Shown one piece after another: positions 53,456 through 62,629 of a DNA stretch of 64,000 nt. The notes under the pieces were generated by a model. That model searched no databases. It was given only the letters and a program-made list of their open reading frames with translations, and had not been told where the DNA came from. The position numbers and the translations under genes are program-made. The DNA is taken from assembly GCA_036001645.1 (NCBI GenBank), contig DASYUC010000081.1, positions 21,325 to 85,324 on the forward strand, written 5' to 3'. The DNA is from Candidatus Limnocylindria bacterium (GTDB lineage Bacteria > Chloroflexota > Limnocylindria > P2-11E). Within the stretch, counting starts at the first letter, position 1; the number at the start of each line of letters is the position of its first letter.

Positions 53456-54991
53456 GTGACGGAGCCGTTCAACCTCTCGACTGTTCTCCTCGACGAGCAT
53501 CTCGCCGCGGGTCGCGGCGGTCGTCCAGCGCTCCACTACGAAGGAGCGGCGCTCAGCTACCGCGATGTCTCGGAGCTCGTCGCGCGCACCGGCGGCGCAC
53601 TGCGGTCGCTCGGCGTCGAGATGGAGGACCGGGTCGCGCTGCTGCTTCCCGATTCGCCGGAGTTCGTCGCGACATTCCTCGGCGCGATTCGCATCGGCGC
53701 CGTGCCGGTGACGCTGTCGATCTACCTCACGAGCGACGACTACGCGGAGTTGCTCGCGGACTGCCGGGCGCGCGTGCTCGTCGCGCACGCGAGCGTCATG
53801 CCCCGCGTCGCGCCGATCCGCCGCGCCCTGCCGCAGCTGCGTCACATCGTCATCGCCGGCGGCGACCACGGGCCGGATGCCGGGTTCGACGACCTCACGC
53901 GGTCACAGCCGAGCGAGCTCGCGCCCGAGGCGACGACCGCCGACGACATGGCGTTCTGGCAGTACTCGAGCGGCACGACCGGACGGCCGAAGGCCGTCGT
54001 GCACCTGCACGGACCGGCCGCGACACCGGCGGACCTGCACGGCGCCCACGTCGTGGGCATGAGCGCGGACGACCGCGTGCTCAGCGCGGCGAAGCTCTTC
54101 TTCTCCTACGGCCTCTGCTCGTCGCTGCTCATACCGTTCCGCCGCGGCGCCTCCTCGGTCCTCCTCCCCGGCCGGCCCGAGCCGCGCCTGGTGTTCGAGA
54201 CCATCGCGCGCGAGCGGCCGACCATCCTCTACGCGGTGCCCACGACGTACGCAGCGCTGCTCGCGGTCCCGGAGAGCGAGCGCCCCGATGTGTCGTCGCT
54301 GCGCCGTTGCATCTCCGCGGGCGAGGCGCTGCCCGCGCCGCTGTTCGAGCGCTGGCGGGCCCGGTTCGGCCTCGAGATCCTCGACGGGATCGGCTCGACC
54401 GAGATCGGCTACATCAGCATCTCGAACTTCCCGGGTCGGGCCCGGCCCGGCACCTCCGGTCAGGTCATCCCGGGCTACGACGCGCGCGTGCAGCGCGACG
54501 ACGGCGAAGGTGCCGCCGTGGGCGAGGTCGGCGACCTGCTGGTGCGCGGTCCCTCGACCGCCGCCTTCTACTGGCGGCGGCGCGCCGCGACGAAGCACAC
54601 GTTCCGCGGCGAGTGGGTCTTCACCGGCGATCGATATTCGGTCGATGCCGACGGCTATTACACGAACCAGGGACGCTCCGACGATCTGCTGCGCGTGAGC
54701 GGTCATTGGGTCTCACCGCTCGAGGTCGAGTCCGTCCTGCTGCGTCATCCGGCGGTGCGCGAGTGCGCGGTGGTCGCGCGGGCGGACCGCGACGGCCTGG
54801 TCAAGCCGTGCGCGTACGTCGTCTGCGCTGATGGTGCGGCCGCGGCGCCGGCGCTCGCCGACGACCTCAAGGCGTTCGTGAAAGACGCGCTCGCACCATA
54901 CAAGTACCCGCGCTGGGTCGAATTCATCCCCGAGCTGCCCAAGACTTCGACCGGCAAGATCCAGCGGTTCAAGCTGCGACGTGAGCAGTAG
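53456..54991 (+). CDS. Aryl-CoA ligase (benzoate/4-hydroxybenzoate-CoA ligase-like, ANL superfamily)
   Basis: AMP-binding box 'WQYSSGTTGRPKAV', 'GEVGDLLVRGPS', 'YWRRRAATKHTF..W..TGDRY' and the C-terminal 'LPKTSTGKIQRFKLR' are present. Confidence 0.8.
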   Translation: MTEPFNLSTVLLDEHLAAGRGGRPALHYEGAALSYRDVSELVARTGGALRSLGVEMEDRVALLLPDSPEFVATFLGAIRIGAVPVTLSIYLTSDDYAELLADCRARVLVAHASVMPRVAPIRRALPQLRHIVIAGGDHGPDAGFDDLTRSQPSELAPEATTADDMAFWQYSSGTTGRPKAVVHLHGPAATPADLHGAHVVGMSADDRVLSAAKLFFSYGLCSSLLIPFRRGASSVLLPGRPEPRLVFETIARERPTILYAVPTTYAALLAVPESERPDVSSLRRCISAGEALPAPLFERWRARFGLEILDGIGSTEIGYISISNFPGRARPGTSGQVIPGYDARVQRDDGEGAAVGEVGDLLVRGPSTAAFYWRRRAATKHTFRGEWVFTGDRYSVDADGYYTNQGRSDDLLRVSGHWVSPLEVESVLLRHPAVRECAVVARADRDGLVKPCAYVVCADGAAAAPALADDLKAFVKDALAPYKYPRWVEFIPELPKTSTGKIQRFKLRREQ

Positions 54992-56804
54992 CGGTCGCCC
55001 GGCTGTGGAAGAGCTTGTCCGCCGCGTCGAGCGTCTTGCCGGTGTGGGCTTCAGCTCGGTTCCCTCGTTCTCTCCCGACGGATCACGCATCGCGTTCATC
55101 ACCGATCTGTCCGGATCGCCACAGGTTTGGACAGTGAGTATCGAGGGAGGCTGGCCAGAGCGCGTCACGACGTTCCCGGACCAAGTGACGAGCGCCTGGT
55201 GGTCGCCGGTGGACGAGCGCATCGCGGTCGAGGTGGCACCCGGCGGCGGGCTGAATCAGCAGGTCTACACGGTCCGCGCGGACGGTTCCGACGTGCGCCG
55301 GCTCACTCCGGGCGGCAGCGAGAACAATCGTCTCGTCCGCTGGTCGCGAGACGGCAGAACACTCTTCGTCGCCTCGAGCCGGGACGATCCATCGCATTTC
55401 GACATCTTTGCCATCGACCTGGCCACGGGAGTGTGGCGCCCGATCGCGCGCACCCGTGGGGTCAGCAATCTCACACATCTCTCGCAGGATGGGCGGTGGG
55501 CCTTGCTGAGCCGGACCGTCGCCCGCGGCGACGCGAACATCTATCTCCTCGAGCTCGAGCGCGGCGGCGAGACACTGCTGACCCCGCATCAAGGACAGGC
55601 GGTCTTCGCGTTCGCGCGATTCGGCGCTGACGGCGCCGTCTGGCTTGGAAGCGACGACTGCCGAGAACGGTTCGCCCTCGCACGCATCGCGCTGCACGCC
55701 GGGCAGCCGGGAGCGCTCGAGTACGTGGCAGCCAGGGACGACGCCGACCTCGAGAGCTTCGCCTTGAACGACGCAGGCACGACGGCGGTGATCGGTTGGA
55801 ACGTGGCGGGCAGGAGCGAGCTCGAGCTCATAGACCTGCCGACGCGCCAGATAAGGCCGGGACCGCGCCTCCCGCACGAGATCTCCGCCGATGTGTGGTG
55901 GTCACCGGACGATACGCACGTCGCGGTCGTGGCCAGCGGCGCTGCGGCTCCGGTGGATATCTGGATCGGCACACCCGGCACGGGGGAGCTGAAGCAGATC
56001 ACGCACAGCCCTCATCCGGGCGTGGATCTGGCGACGCTTATCCGTCCGCGCCTCGAGCATTTCACGGCGCACGACGGGCTCGACCTCACCGGCTGGCTCT
56101 ACGTCCCGCGCGACTTCCGTGCCCCGGGCCCGTGCGTCCTGTCGTTCCACGGCGGCCCCGAGGCGCAGGAGCGCCCGCTCCTGAACCGCACCTACCAAGG
56201 CCTGCTCGCGAACGGCATCGCGGTGTTCGCGCCGAACGTGCGCGGCTCGAGCGGTTTTGGCAAGACGTTCATCCATCTCGACGACGGCCCGAAGCGCTTC
56301 GACGGAGTTCGCGATATCCAGGCCTGCGTCGATCACGTGGTGCGGGCTGGGGTAGCCGATACCAGGCGCATCGGTATCACCGGAGGTTCGTACGGCGGGT
56401 ACATGACGATGGCCGGCATCGCCGAGTTCCCCGATGCCTTCGCTGGCGCGGTGTGCGTCTGCGGCATCGTGAACTTCCTGACCTTCTTCAAGCACACCGA
56501 GCCGTGGATGGCCGCCGTATCGAAATCGGAGTACGGCGATCCCGAGACGCAGCGCGACCTGCTCGAAGCACTCTCGCCGATCAACAAGCTCGACAACGTG
56601 AGAACGCCGCTCCTCGTGTTGCACGGCGCGAACGACACCAACGTGCCACTGGTGGAGGCCGAGCAGATGGTCGACGAGCTGCGAAAACGGAAGGTCACAG
56701 TCGAGTCGGTGATCTTCCCCGACGAGGGCCATGGCTTCACCAAGACCGTCAACCGGACGCGCGCCGCGGTCGAGACGGTGCGCTGGTTCGCGAAGTACCT
56801 GTGA
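54981..56804 (+). CDS. S9 family serine peptidase (prolyl oligopeptidase/dipeptidyl-peptidase-like) with N-terminal beta-propeller
   Basis: The GTG start overlaps the ligase gene by 11 nt. 'SFSPDGSRIAF' propeller blades are present. Nucleophile 'GGSYGGYM', plus 'VLHGANDTNVP' and 'DEGHGF', are present. Confidence 0.85.
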   Translation: MSSSGRPAVEELVRRVERLAGVGFSSVPSFSPDGSRIAFITDLSGSPQVWTVSIEGGWPERVTTFPDQVTSAWWSPVDERIAVEVAPGGGLNQQVYTVRADGSDVRRLTPGGSENNRLVRWSRDGRTLFVASSRDDPSHFDIFAIDLATGVWRPIARTRGVSNLTHLSQDGRWALLSRTVARGDANIYLLELERGGETLLTPHQGQAVFAFARFGADGAVWLGSDDCRERFALARIALHAGQPGALEYVAARDDADLESFALNDAGTTAVIGWNVAGRSELELIDLPTRQIRPGPRLPHEISADVWWSPDDTHVAVVASGAAAPVDIWIGTPGTGELKQITHSPHPGVDLATLIRPRLEHFTAHDGLDLTGWLYVPRDFRAPGPCVLSFHGGPEAQERPLLNRTYQGLLANGIAVFAPNVRGSSGFGKTFIHLDDGPKRFDGVRDIQACVDHVVRAGVADTRRIGITGGSYGGYMTMAGIAEFPDAFAGAVCVCGIVNFLTFFKHTEPWMAAVSKSEYGDPETQRDLLEALSPINKLDNVRTPLLVLHGANDTNVPLVEAEQMVDELRKRKVTVESVIFPDEGHGFTKTVNRTRAAVETVRWFAKYL

Positions 56805-56890
56805 CCCGGGACCACCTCGCGGCGCTTGGGTGCTCGCTTGGTATGTTGCGTGCATGAAGCCTTCCGGAAGCCAGTCACGGAGGTGCTCAC

Positions 56891-57028
56891 ATGGAACAGA
56901 GCAGCAGCTCGTCAGGGATCATGGCCGTCATGGTGGTCGCGCTCGTAGCGATCGTCGTCGTCTTTCTGCTCGTGAGTGGCGTCGTCGCACCGCAGGATGG
57001 CGGCGGCATCCACATCAATCTGCCGTAG
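56891..57028 (+). CDS. Small single-pass membrane protein (45 aa), not in the ORF track
   Basis: GGAGG at 56879-56883 lies 7 nt before the ATG. The product is 'MEQSSSSSGIMAVMVVALVAIVVVFLLVSGVVAPQDGGGIHINLP'. Coding status is unverified. Confidence 0.3.
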   Translation: MEQSSSSSGIMAVMVVALVAIVVVFLLVSGVVAPQDGGGIHINLP

Positions 57029-58780
57029 TTACCTGAAGCGCGACGGCTGCCGGCGCCGGACGATCGTGTCGACCAGCGCCGGCATCCTTCTCTCCTTCAC
57101 GTACGCGAGCGCGCGTTCGATCGCCGGACCCGCCGCATCCCCGTCCGCGATCGGACCCTCCGCGTACCAGCCGAGGCTCTTCGCCAGCATCGCGAAGTCC
57201 GGCGCCGGATCGTCGATCTCTTGCCCGACGCGCGCGTTCTCGACCGGCGTGCCGCGGTGACGCGCGACGCGGATCTGATGCTCGAAGTCGTTGTAGTAGG
57301 CGCGGTTGTTGTACATGACCACGAGCAGCGGGATGCGGCTGTTCGCGGCCGTCCAGAGCGCGCCCAGGTCGTACATGAGATCGCCGTCGGGCTGCACGTC
57401 GACGACGACCGTGTCCGTCCCGCGGTACGCGAGTCCGACGCCGAGCGAGACGCCGATCTGTGTCGCGGTGCCGAATGATCGTCCGGGATGACGCTTCGGC
57501 GAGTCGACGTCCCAGAGGCGCAGCGTCCAGTCCTCCAGGGTGTTCGCGGTAAGGACCCAGTCCTCGGCCTTGATCGCGTCCCAGATCTCCGACGCGAGCC
57601 GCGCCGCGGTCATCGGCGACGCATCCCAGTCGGCCTTCGCGTCGCGCTGCCACTTCTCGCCTAGCTCCTGATGCGCCGCGCCGATCTCCCTCCGGCGCGC
57701 GGCGCGGCCATCGGTGCCGGACTGCCCCCGAACGAGCGCGCGGAGCGCGGGCAGCGCGAGACGTGTATCCGCGACGATCGACAGCGCCACCGGCTGGAAG
57801 TCGCCGAGATCCTCCGCCCATTTGCTTTGCCGCAGCTCCGAGAGTCCGATGTCGACGACGGGCGTCCCCGCGGGCACCCGCGAGCGCTTCGCGCGTTCGG
57901 GGCTGTCGCGGTCCAGCTCGTTCAGCGCGCGATGCAGGTCGCCGACGTCGAGCGCGATCACGAGGTCGGCGTCCTTGAGCGCCTCGCCGCCCGAGAGGTT
58001 CAGCGGATGGCGGTTCGGGATGTTCACGCGGCCATGCAGGTCGATGACCGCGGCCGCGATGTCCTCCGCAAGGCCCACGAGCTCGGGGACGGCCTCCGGA
58101 TGCCGGCCGGTGAACTCGGTCACGATGACCGGACGCTTCGAGCGCGCGACGAGCTCCGCGACCTTCGCGAGCGCCGCCGGATCGGCCTGCGCCGGCGTCG
58201 GCCGCGCCCCGCTCACGACGTCATCGATCGCGACGGCGTGATCGAGCGCGTCTTCCTGGAGCCCGGCGTCATAGCAGAGGTACACCGGCCCGGCCGGCTC
58301 GGTGGTGGCGATCCGATACGCCCGTGCGAACGAGGCGGGGAAGTCGTCGACGGTCGCCGGCTGGTCGTCCCACTTGGTGAAGTTGCGCACGGCCTCGGCC
58401 TGCACCTGCGCGGTGTGGATCCAATCGATCGCCGGACGCCGCCGTCGCCTATCGAGCGGTCCCGTTGCTCCAAGCAGCATCAAGGGGACGCGGTCGAGGT
58501 GTGCGTAGTACACGCCCATCGTCGAGTGGAGCAGGCCGACGACGTCGTGGACGATCGCGCCCATCGGCCGTCCGGTTGCCTTCGCGTATCCGTGCGCGAC
58601 GTTCACCGCGACCTTCTCATGCGTGCACAGGATGATCTCGGGCTTGCCGCCACCGTAGTTGACGAGCGAATCGTGCAGACCGCGGTAGGTCGCGCCGGGA
58701 TTCAGCGCGACGTACTCGATGCCGAAGGCCTGCAGCAGATCGACGATGACGTCAGAGCCGAAGCGGGGCGAGCGCGTCAT
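57029..58780 (-). CDS. Thiamine-pyrophosphate-dependent enzyme (acetolactate synthase / benzoylformate decarboxylase / Xsc-like family)
   Basis: The N-terminal Pyr domain has 'GIEYVALNPGATYRGLHDSL...CTHEKVAVNVAHGYAKATG'. The C-terminal PP domain has 'GDLMYD...LWTAANSRIPLLVVMYNN' (GDG-X-NN-like TPP motif). Confidence 0.85.
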   Translation of the reverse strand: MTRSPRFGSDVIVDLLQAFGIEYVALNPGATYRGLHDSLVNYGGGKPEIILCTHEKVAVNVAHGYAKATGRPMGAIVHDVVGLLHSTMGVYYAHLDRVPLMLLGATGPLDRRRRRPAIDWIHTAQVQAEAVRNFTKWDDQPATVDDFPASFARAYRIATTEPAGPVYLCYDAGLQEDALDHAVAIDDVVSGARPTPAQADPAALAKVAELVARSKRPVIVTEFTGRHPEAVPELVGLAEDIAAAVIDLHGRVNIPNRHPLNLSGGEALKDADLVIALDVGDLHRALNELDRDSPERAKRSRVPAGTPVVDIGLSELRQSKWAEDLGDFQPVALSIVADTRLALPALRALVRGQSGTDGRAARRREIGAAHQELGEKWQRDAKADWDASPMTAARLASEIWDAIKAEDWVLTANTLEDWTLRLWDVDSPKRHPGRSFGTATQIGVSLGVGLAYRGTDTVVVDVQPDGDLMYDLGALWTAANSRIPLLVVMYNNRAYYNDFEHQIRVARHRGTPVENARVGQEIDDPAPDFAMLAKSLGWYAEGPIADGDAAGPAIERALAYVKERRMPALVDTIVRRRQPSRFR

Positions 58781-58808
58781 TGCGCCCGCCCCGCCATGTT
58801 CGCGCTGG

Positions 58809-59852
58809 CTATTTGCCGACGCCGCGCTTCTCGGCGTCCGCGACGTACTTGTCCTCGATCACTTTCGTGACGTCGAGGTCCTTCACCTTCGCATTCGTCG
58901 CGACCAGGACATCGCGCGTCGCGGTGAACGTCGCGACGGTCGGATGTGGGTAGGCCTGGAAGATCGTGCCCACGTAGAAGTCGTAGGTCTGCGAGAGCGC
59001 CGCGGCGTCCTCGGCCTTGGAGGTGTCGAGCTTCAGCAGCTTCGCGAGGATCGGGATCGTCTTCGCCTTGTCCTTCTTCGCGATCGCGATCGCTTCGATC
59101 TCCGCGTCCACGTAGGCCTGGACCGCCTGCGGGTTCTTCTCAGCCCACGACTTCAGCACGATGGTGCAGTTGTCGGTGGCCGGGATCGTCTCCGCGCCGA
59201 GGTCGTAGATGACCTTGAAGCCCGCGGCGAGCAGCTTGACGGTGTCGGGTGGATGGCCGGGGCCCGCGTAGGCGGCGCCGCCGATCATGCCGGTCGCGAG
59301 GTTCGCGGTCGAGCCGAATGCCTGAATGGTCACGTCCTTTGCGGGGTCGAGGCCGAGCCGCTTGAGCGACTCGACCGCGGCGACGTACGCGGAGCCGCCC
59401 ACGGTCGCCACGCCGACCGTCTTGCCCTTGAGGTCGGCCGGCGTCTTGTAGTCGGACTTCGCGAGGAACTGCCACGGCGTCACGGGGACGAAGAGCGCGA
59501 CGACCTGCATGTCGGATCCGGCGACGAAGCCGCTCATCGCTTCCGTGCCGCCGAAGTTGCCGACCTGCGTCTGGTTCGAGACGAGCGCTGCCGCCGAGGG
59601 CGCGCCGCCGTCGATGAGCGACAGGTCGACGTCGAGGCCACGCCTCTCGAAAAGACCGAGCTCCTTCGCCATGAACGGCGCGAGGTTCGCGGGCGTGACG
59701 TTCCCGTACGACGACTTGATCTTGATCGGCGTCGGCGTCGCCGTCGGTGCGACCGAGGCCGCGACCGTTGGCGAGCTCGAAGCTGGCGTGCCGCCTCCGC
59801 ACGCGGCCAGGAGTGCTGTGATCCCAAGAGCCAGGACACGACTTAGGCGCAT
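58809..59852 (-). CDS. NMT1/THI5-like (SsuA/TauA-type) ABC substrate-binding lipoprotein
   Basis: ATG 59852 is preceded by GGAGG. Lipobox 'LLAAC' is present. 'DLKGKTVGVATVGGSAYVAAVESLKRLGLDP' is typical of this family. Confidence 0.7.
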   Translation of the reverse strand: MRLSRVLALGITALLAACGGGTPASSSPTVAASVAPTATPTPIKIKSSYGNVTPANLAPFMAKELGLFERRGLDVDLSLIDGGAPSAAALVSNQTQVGNFGGTEAMSGFVAGSDMQVVALFVPVTPWQFLAKSDYKTPADLKGKTVGVATVGGSAYVAAVESLKRLGLDPAKDVTIQAFGSTANLATGMIGGAAYAGPGHPPDTVKLLAAGFKVIYDLGAETIPATDNCTIVLKSWAEKNPQAVQAYVDAEIEAIAIAKKDKAKTIPILAKLLKLDTSKAEDAAALSQTYDFYVGTIFQAYPHPTVATFTATRDVLVATNAKVKDLDVTKVIEDKYVADAEKRGVGK

Positions 59853-59952
59853 CCCACACCTCCGAGATTGCCGGTCCGCGCGAGCGGCCGGAGCGGTCAA
59901 TTGTTATACCATTCGCCCGCGCCAGCGGTCCGATCTTCCAGGAGGTGTACGC

Positions 59953-60984
59953 GTGGGCGACGAGGGCGGACGCGTCTTCCTGCGGGGGATCACCTCCGAG
60001 CAGTACGGACTGGCTGAGCACCGAAAACTCCAGCATTCGGCGCCGCGCGTCCGCCGCGCTGGCACCGTCGTGGACGATGCATCGGTGGGCCATTCCGGCG
60101 ACTCCGATGAGGGCCACTCGAAGACGTGGTGGATGCTCGGCCCGGGAGACGACCCCTTCCTAACTCAGACGCTCCAGCTCCACTTCGTCGAGCTGAAGCC
60201 GGGCGGTTCGAACCACGGCCACGGCCATCAGAACGAGGCGACGTTCTACATCCTCGAGGGCAACGGTTACGAGATCCACGACGGCGTGCGTTACGAGTGG
60301 TCCAAAGACGACTTCGTCGTCGTGCACAACGATTCGGTGCACCGCCACTACAACGCGAGTGACACCGAGCGCGCGCTCGCGCTGGTGATCAAGGCGAAGG
60401 CGGCGTGGATGTACCTCGGGCTCGTGCAGCAGGGCCGCAGCGAGCCCTTCGACGACGCATCCTATGGCGCCCCGCAGGAGTGGTCGCGCCTCTGGACGCC
60501 CGGCGCGACCGCGCGCAAAAAGGTCGTGAAGCCGTCCGAGACGCGCTGGGAAGACACGCGCGACGGGCACGTCCGCATCATCAGCTCACCGGCGCGTACC
60601 GACGTGCGCACCTTCAGCGTCGACCTGTACGAGCAGGAGATCCGTCCCGGCGGGCGGTCGGCCAAGCACTGGCATATGGCGGACGAGGTCTGCTACGTGA
60701 TCTCCGGCGCGGGCACGAGCGTGCAGTGGGACGTCGAGGCCGACATCACCGACAAGTACCGCGCGCGTGTCGCCGAGAAGCCGGGGACCTGGGACTTCAC
60801 CTCCGGCGACCTCGTGTACGTGCCACAGAACACCGTGCATCAGCTGGTCGCGAGCGTCGGCGAGCCGCTGCGCGTTCTCGTCGCGCAGAACCGGCTGTTC
60901 AAGCTGCTCGGTTATGACTCGGTCGTCTATCTCGAGGATGCGAGCGCGGACGCCGCTGCGTCCGCGTCGGCGGCGCGCGCGTAA
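59953..60984 (+). CDS. Bicupin protein with complete metal-binding motifs in both cupin domains
   Basis: GGAGG lies 7 nt before GTG 59953. Cupin 1 has 'GGSNHGHGHQNEATFYILEG...VHRHYN'. Cupin 2 has 'GGRSAKHWHMADEVCYVISG...VPQNTVHQL'. Confidence 0.75.
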   Translation: MGDEGGRVFLRGITSEQYGLAEHRKLQHSAPRVRRAGTVVDDASVGHSGDSDEGHSKTWWMLGPGDDPFLTQTLQLHFVELKPGGSNHGHGHQNEATFYILEGNGYEIHDGVRYEWSKDDFVVVHNDSVHRHYNASDTERALALVIKAKAAWMYLGLVQQGRSEPFDDASYGAPQEWSRLWTPGATARKKVVKPSETRWEDTRDGHVRIISSPARTDVRTFSVDLYEQEIRPGGRSAKHWHMADEVCYVISGAGTSVQWDVEADITDKYRARVAEKPGTWDFTSGDLVYVPQNTVHQLVASVGEPLRVLVAQNRLFKLLGYDSVVYLEDASADAAASASAARA

Positions 60985-60999
60985 CACGTCGATCGAAGC

Positions 61000-62193
61000 A
61001 TGCGCGCATACCGCGGCAACATCTGGCGCTTCTTCGTCGTCCAGGGCCTCATCCACTTCCTCCTATGGATACCGATCTGGGTGGTATTCCTCCAGGACAA
61101 GGGCGTCAGCCTCACGCAGATCGGGATCCTCGAGAGCGTCGCGTGGATCCTGACGGCCGGACTGGAAGTGCCGAGCGGCGCACTCGCGGACCGCTGGGGC
61201 CGCAAGGCGTCGATGGCGGTCGGGACCTTCCTCTACTCGGCGGCCATGCTGCTCATCCTGGCCGACGCGCTGTCACCCGCGTTCCTCCTCGGGTATGCAC
61301 TCTGGAACACCTCGTTCGCGTTCGTCAGCGGGGCGGACACGGCGTTCCTCTACGACAGCCTGAAGGCGGACGGTCGTGCGTCGGAGGCGGCGAAGCAGTC
61401 GGGCCGGTACCTCGCGGTCACGCAGGCGTCACAGGGGATCGCCTCGGTGCTCGGTGCGGCAGTCGCGACGCTCGACATCACCCTCTGCTTCACGATCGGC
61501 GCGGTGAGCGGTTTACTGGCGACGGCGCTCGTGCTCACCTTCAAAGAGCCCCCGCGCGTGGAGGAGGGTGAGACACAGCTGGCCTTCGTGCAGAACCTTC
61601 GCACCGCGGTGGGGATCGCCGCCCGCCGCCCGGTCGTGCGCTGGCTCCTGCTCCTCGGCGCCGGCTTCGCGATCGTTCCGATGGTCGTCTATTACGTGCT
61701 GCTCCAGCCGTATGCCCTTGCGGTCGGGCTGCCGCTCGCCTCGCTCGGGATCGTTGTCCTTGGCGTTCAGCTCGCGGGCGTTGCGGCGTCCTGGTTCGCG
61801 CACCGCACCGAAGGCCACGTGCCGCTCTCGGCCCTCGTCGCCGGCGGCATCGCGATCACCATCGGTGCGACCACGCTCCTCGGGGCGTTCCCCGGGGTCC
61901 CCGCGATCTCCTTCGTGCTGGTGGTCGCGCTCGTCCCGGCGGTCGCGCAGCCCCTTCTCTCAGCGCGTCTCAACGACATGATCCCCAGCGCGCAGCGCGC
62001 GACGATCATCTCCCTCAGCGCGCTCTTGTTCGAGCTTGGGCTCGCGGTCGCCATGCCGTTGCTGCTCGGTCTCGCCGATTCGTTCGGCGCACCGACGACG
62101 ATCGGATTCGCCGCGGCGGTCTATGCCCTCACGGTCGTCCCGTTCGCGATCCTGTGGCGGAGGGCCGAACGATCGAGAGTGGCGCGCGCGTAG
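61000..62193 (+). CDS. MFS transporter
   Basis: The protein has about 12 hydrophobic helices. 'SGALADRWGRKASM' is the MFS loop 2-3 motif. Confidence 0.8.
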   Translation: MRAYRGNIWRFFVVQGLIHFLLWIPIWVVFLQDKGVSLTQIGILESVAWILTAGLEVPSGALADRWGRKASMAVGTFLYSAAMLLILADALSPAFLLGYALWNTSFAFVSGADTAFLYDSLKADGRASEAAKQSGRYLAVTQASQGIASVLGAAVATLDITLCFTIGAVSGLLATALVLTFKEPPRVEEGETQLAFVQNLRTAVGIAARRPVVRWLLLLGAGFAIVPMVVYYVLLQPYALAVGLPLASLGIVVLGVQLAGVAASWFAHRTEGHVPLSALVAGGIAITIGATTLLGAFPGVPAISFVLVVALVPAVAQPLLSARLNDMIPSAQRATIISLSALLFELGLAVAMPLLLGLADSFGAPTTIGFAAAVYALTVVPFAILWRRAERSRVARA

Positions 62194-62196
62194 CCG

Positions 62197-62493
62197 TCAC
62201 CGCCGACCGGCGCGGTCCTCCGACGCGGCCTGCAACGCGCGCTCGAGCGCGCCTTCGAGGTATGTCGCTTGGAGACCTGATGCCCAGTAGCGAAGGGCGT
62301 TGCGGCTCGGCTGCGTCGTCTCCCTTCGCGTCCGTCGCACGACCCCGCCCGACCCGCGCGGGCTGAACTCGATCCAGCCGATCCACGTCTTATCGCTGCG
62401 CGGCCGTCCGAGTACGCGCGCTTTGTAGGCGTGCCCGTCAGCATCGCGGACCGGGCTCCTGAATTCGTGGATCAGAGAATCCATATACCTCAA
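62197..62493 (-). CDS. Hypothetical protein (start could be ATG 62484)
   Basis: This ORF is convergent with the MFS gene and has reasonable composition. No family was recognised. Confidence 0.35.
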   Translation of the reverse strand: MRYMDSLIHEFRSPVRDADGHAYKARVLGRPRSDKTWIGWIEFSPRGSGGVVRRTRRETTQPSRNALRYWASGLQATYLEGALERALQAASEDRAGRR

Positions 62494-62629
62494 GTGTCCC
62501 GCACGACTCGGTCATCCGGCACGGCGCGTTACCAGGCCGCAATCGTCCCGGTAAGCAGCCGCGGCCTTGGTTGCATGCCGTGCTGGACCATTCGGCTGTC
62601 CAGCGTGCGAATGAGCGCGGAGGTGACCC

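Noticed and set aside
50027-53869. 1280-aa ORF on the minus strand
   Set aside because: It is antisense to the CoxG-like, Mo large-subunit, PaaA-like and ligase genes, all of which have clear family signatures on the plus strand. Its composition is typical of a GC-driven shadow ORF.
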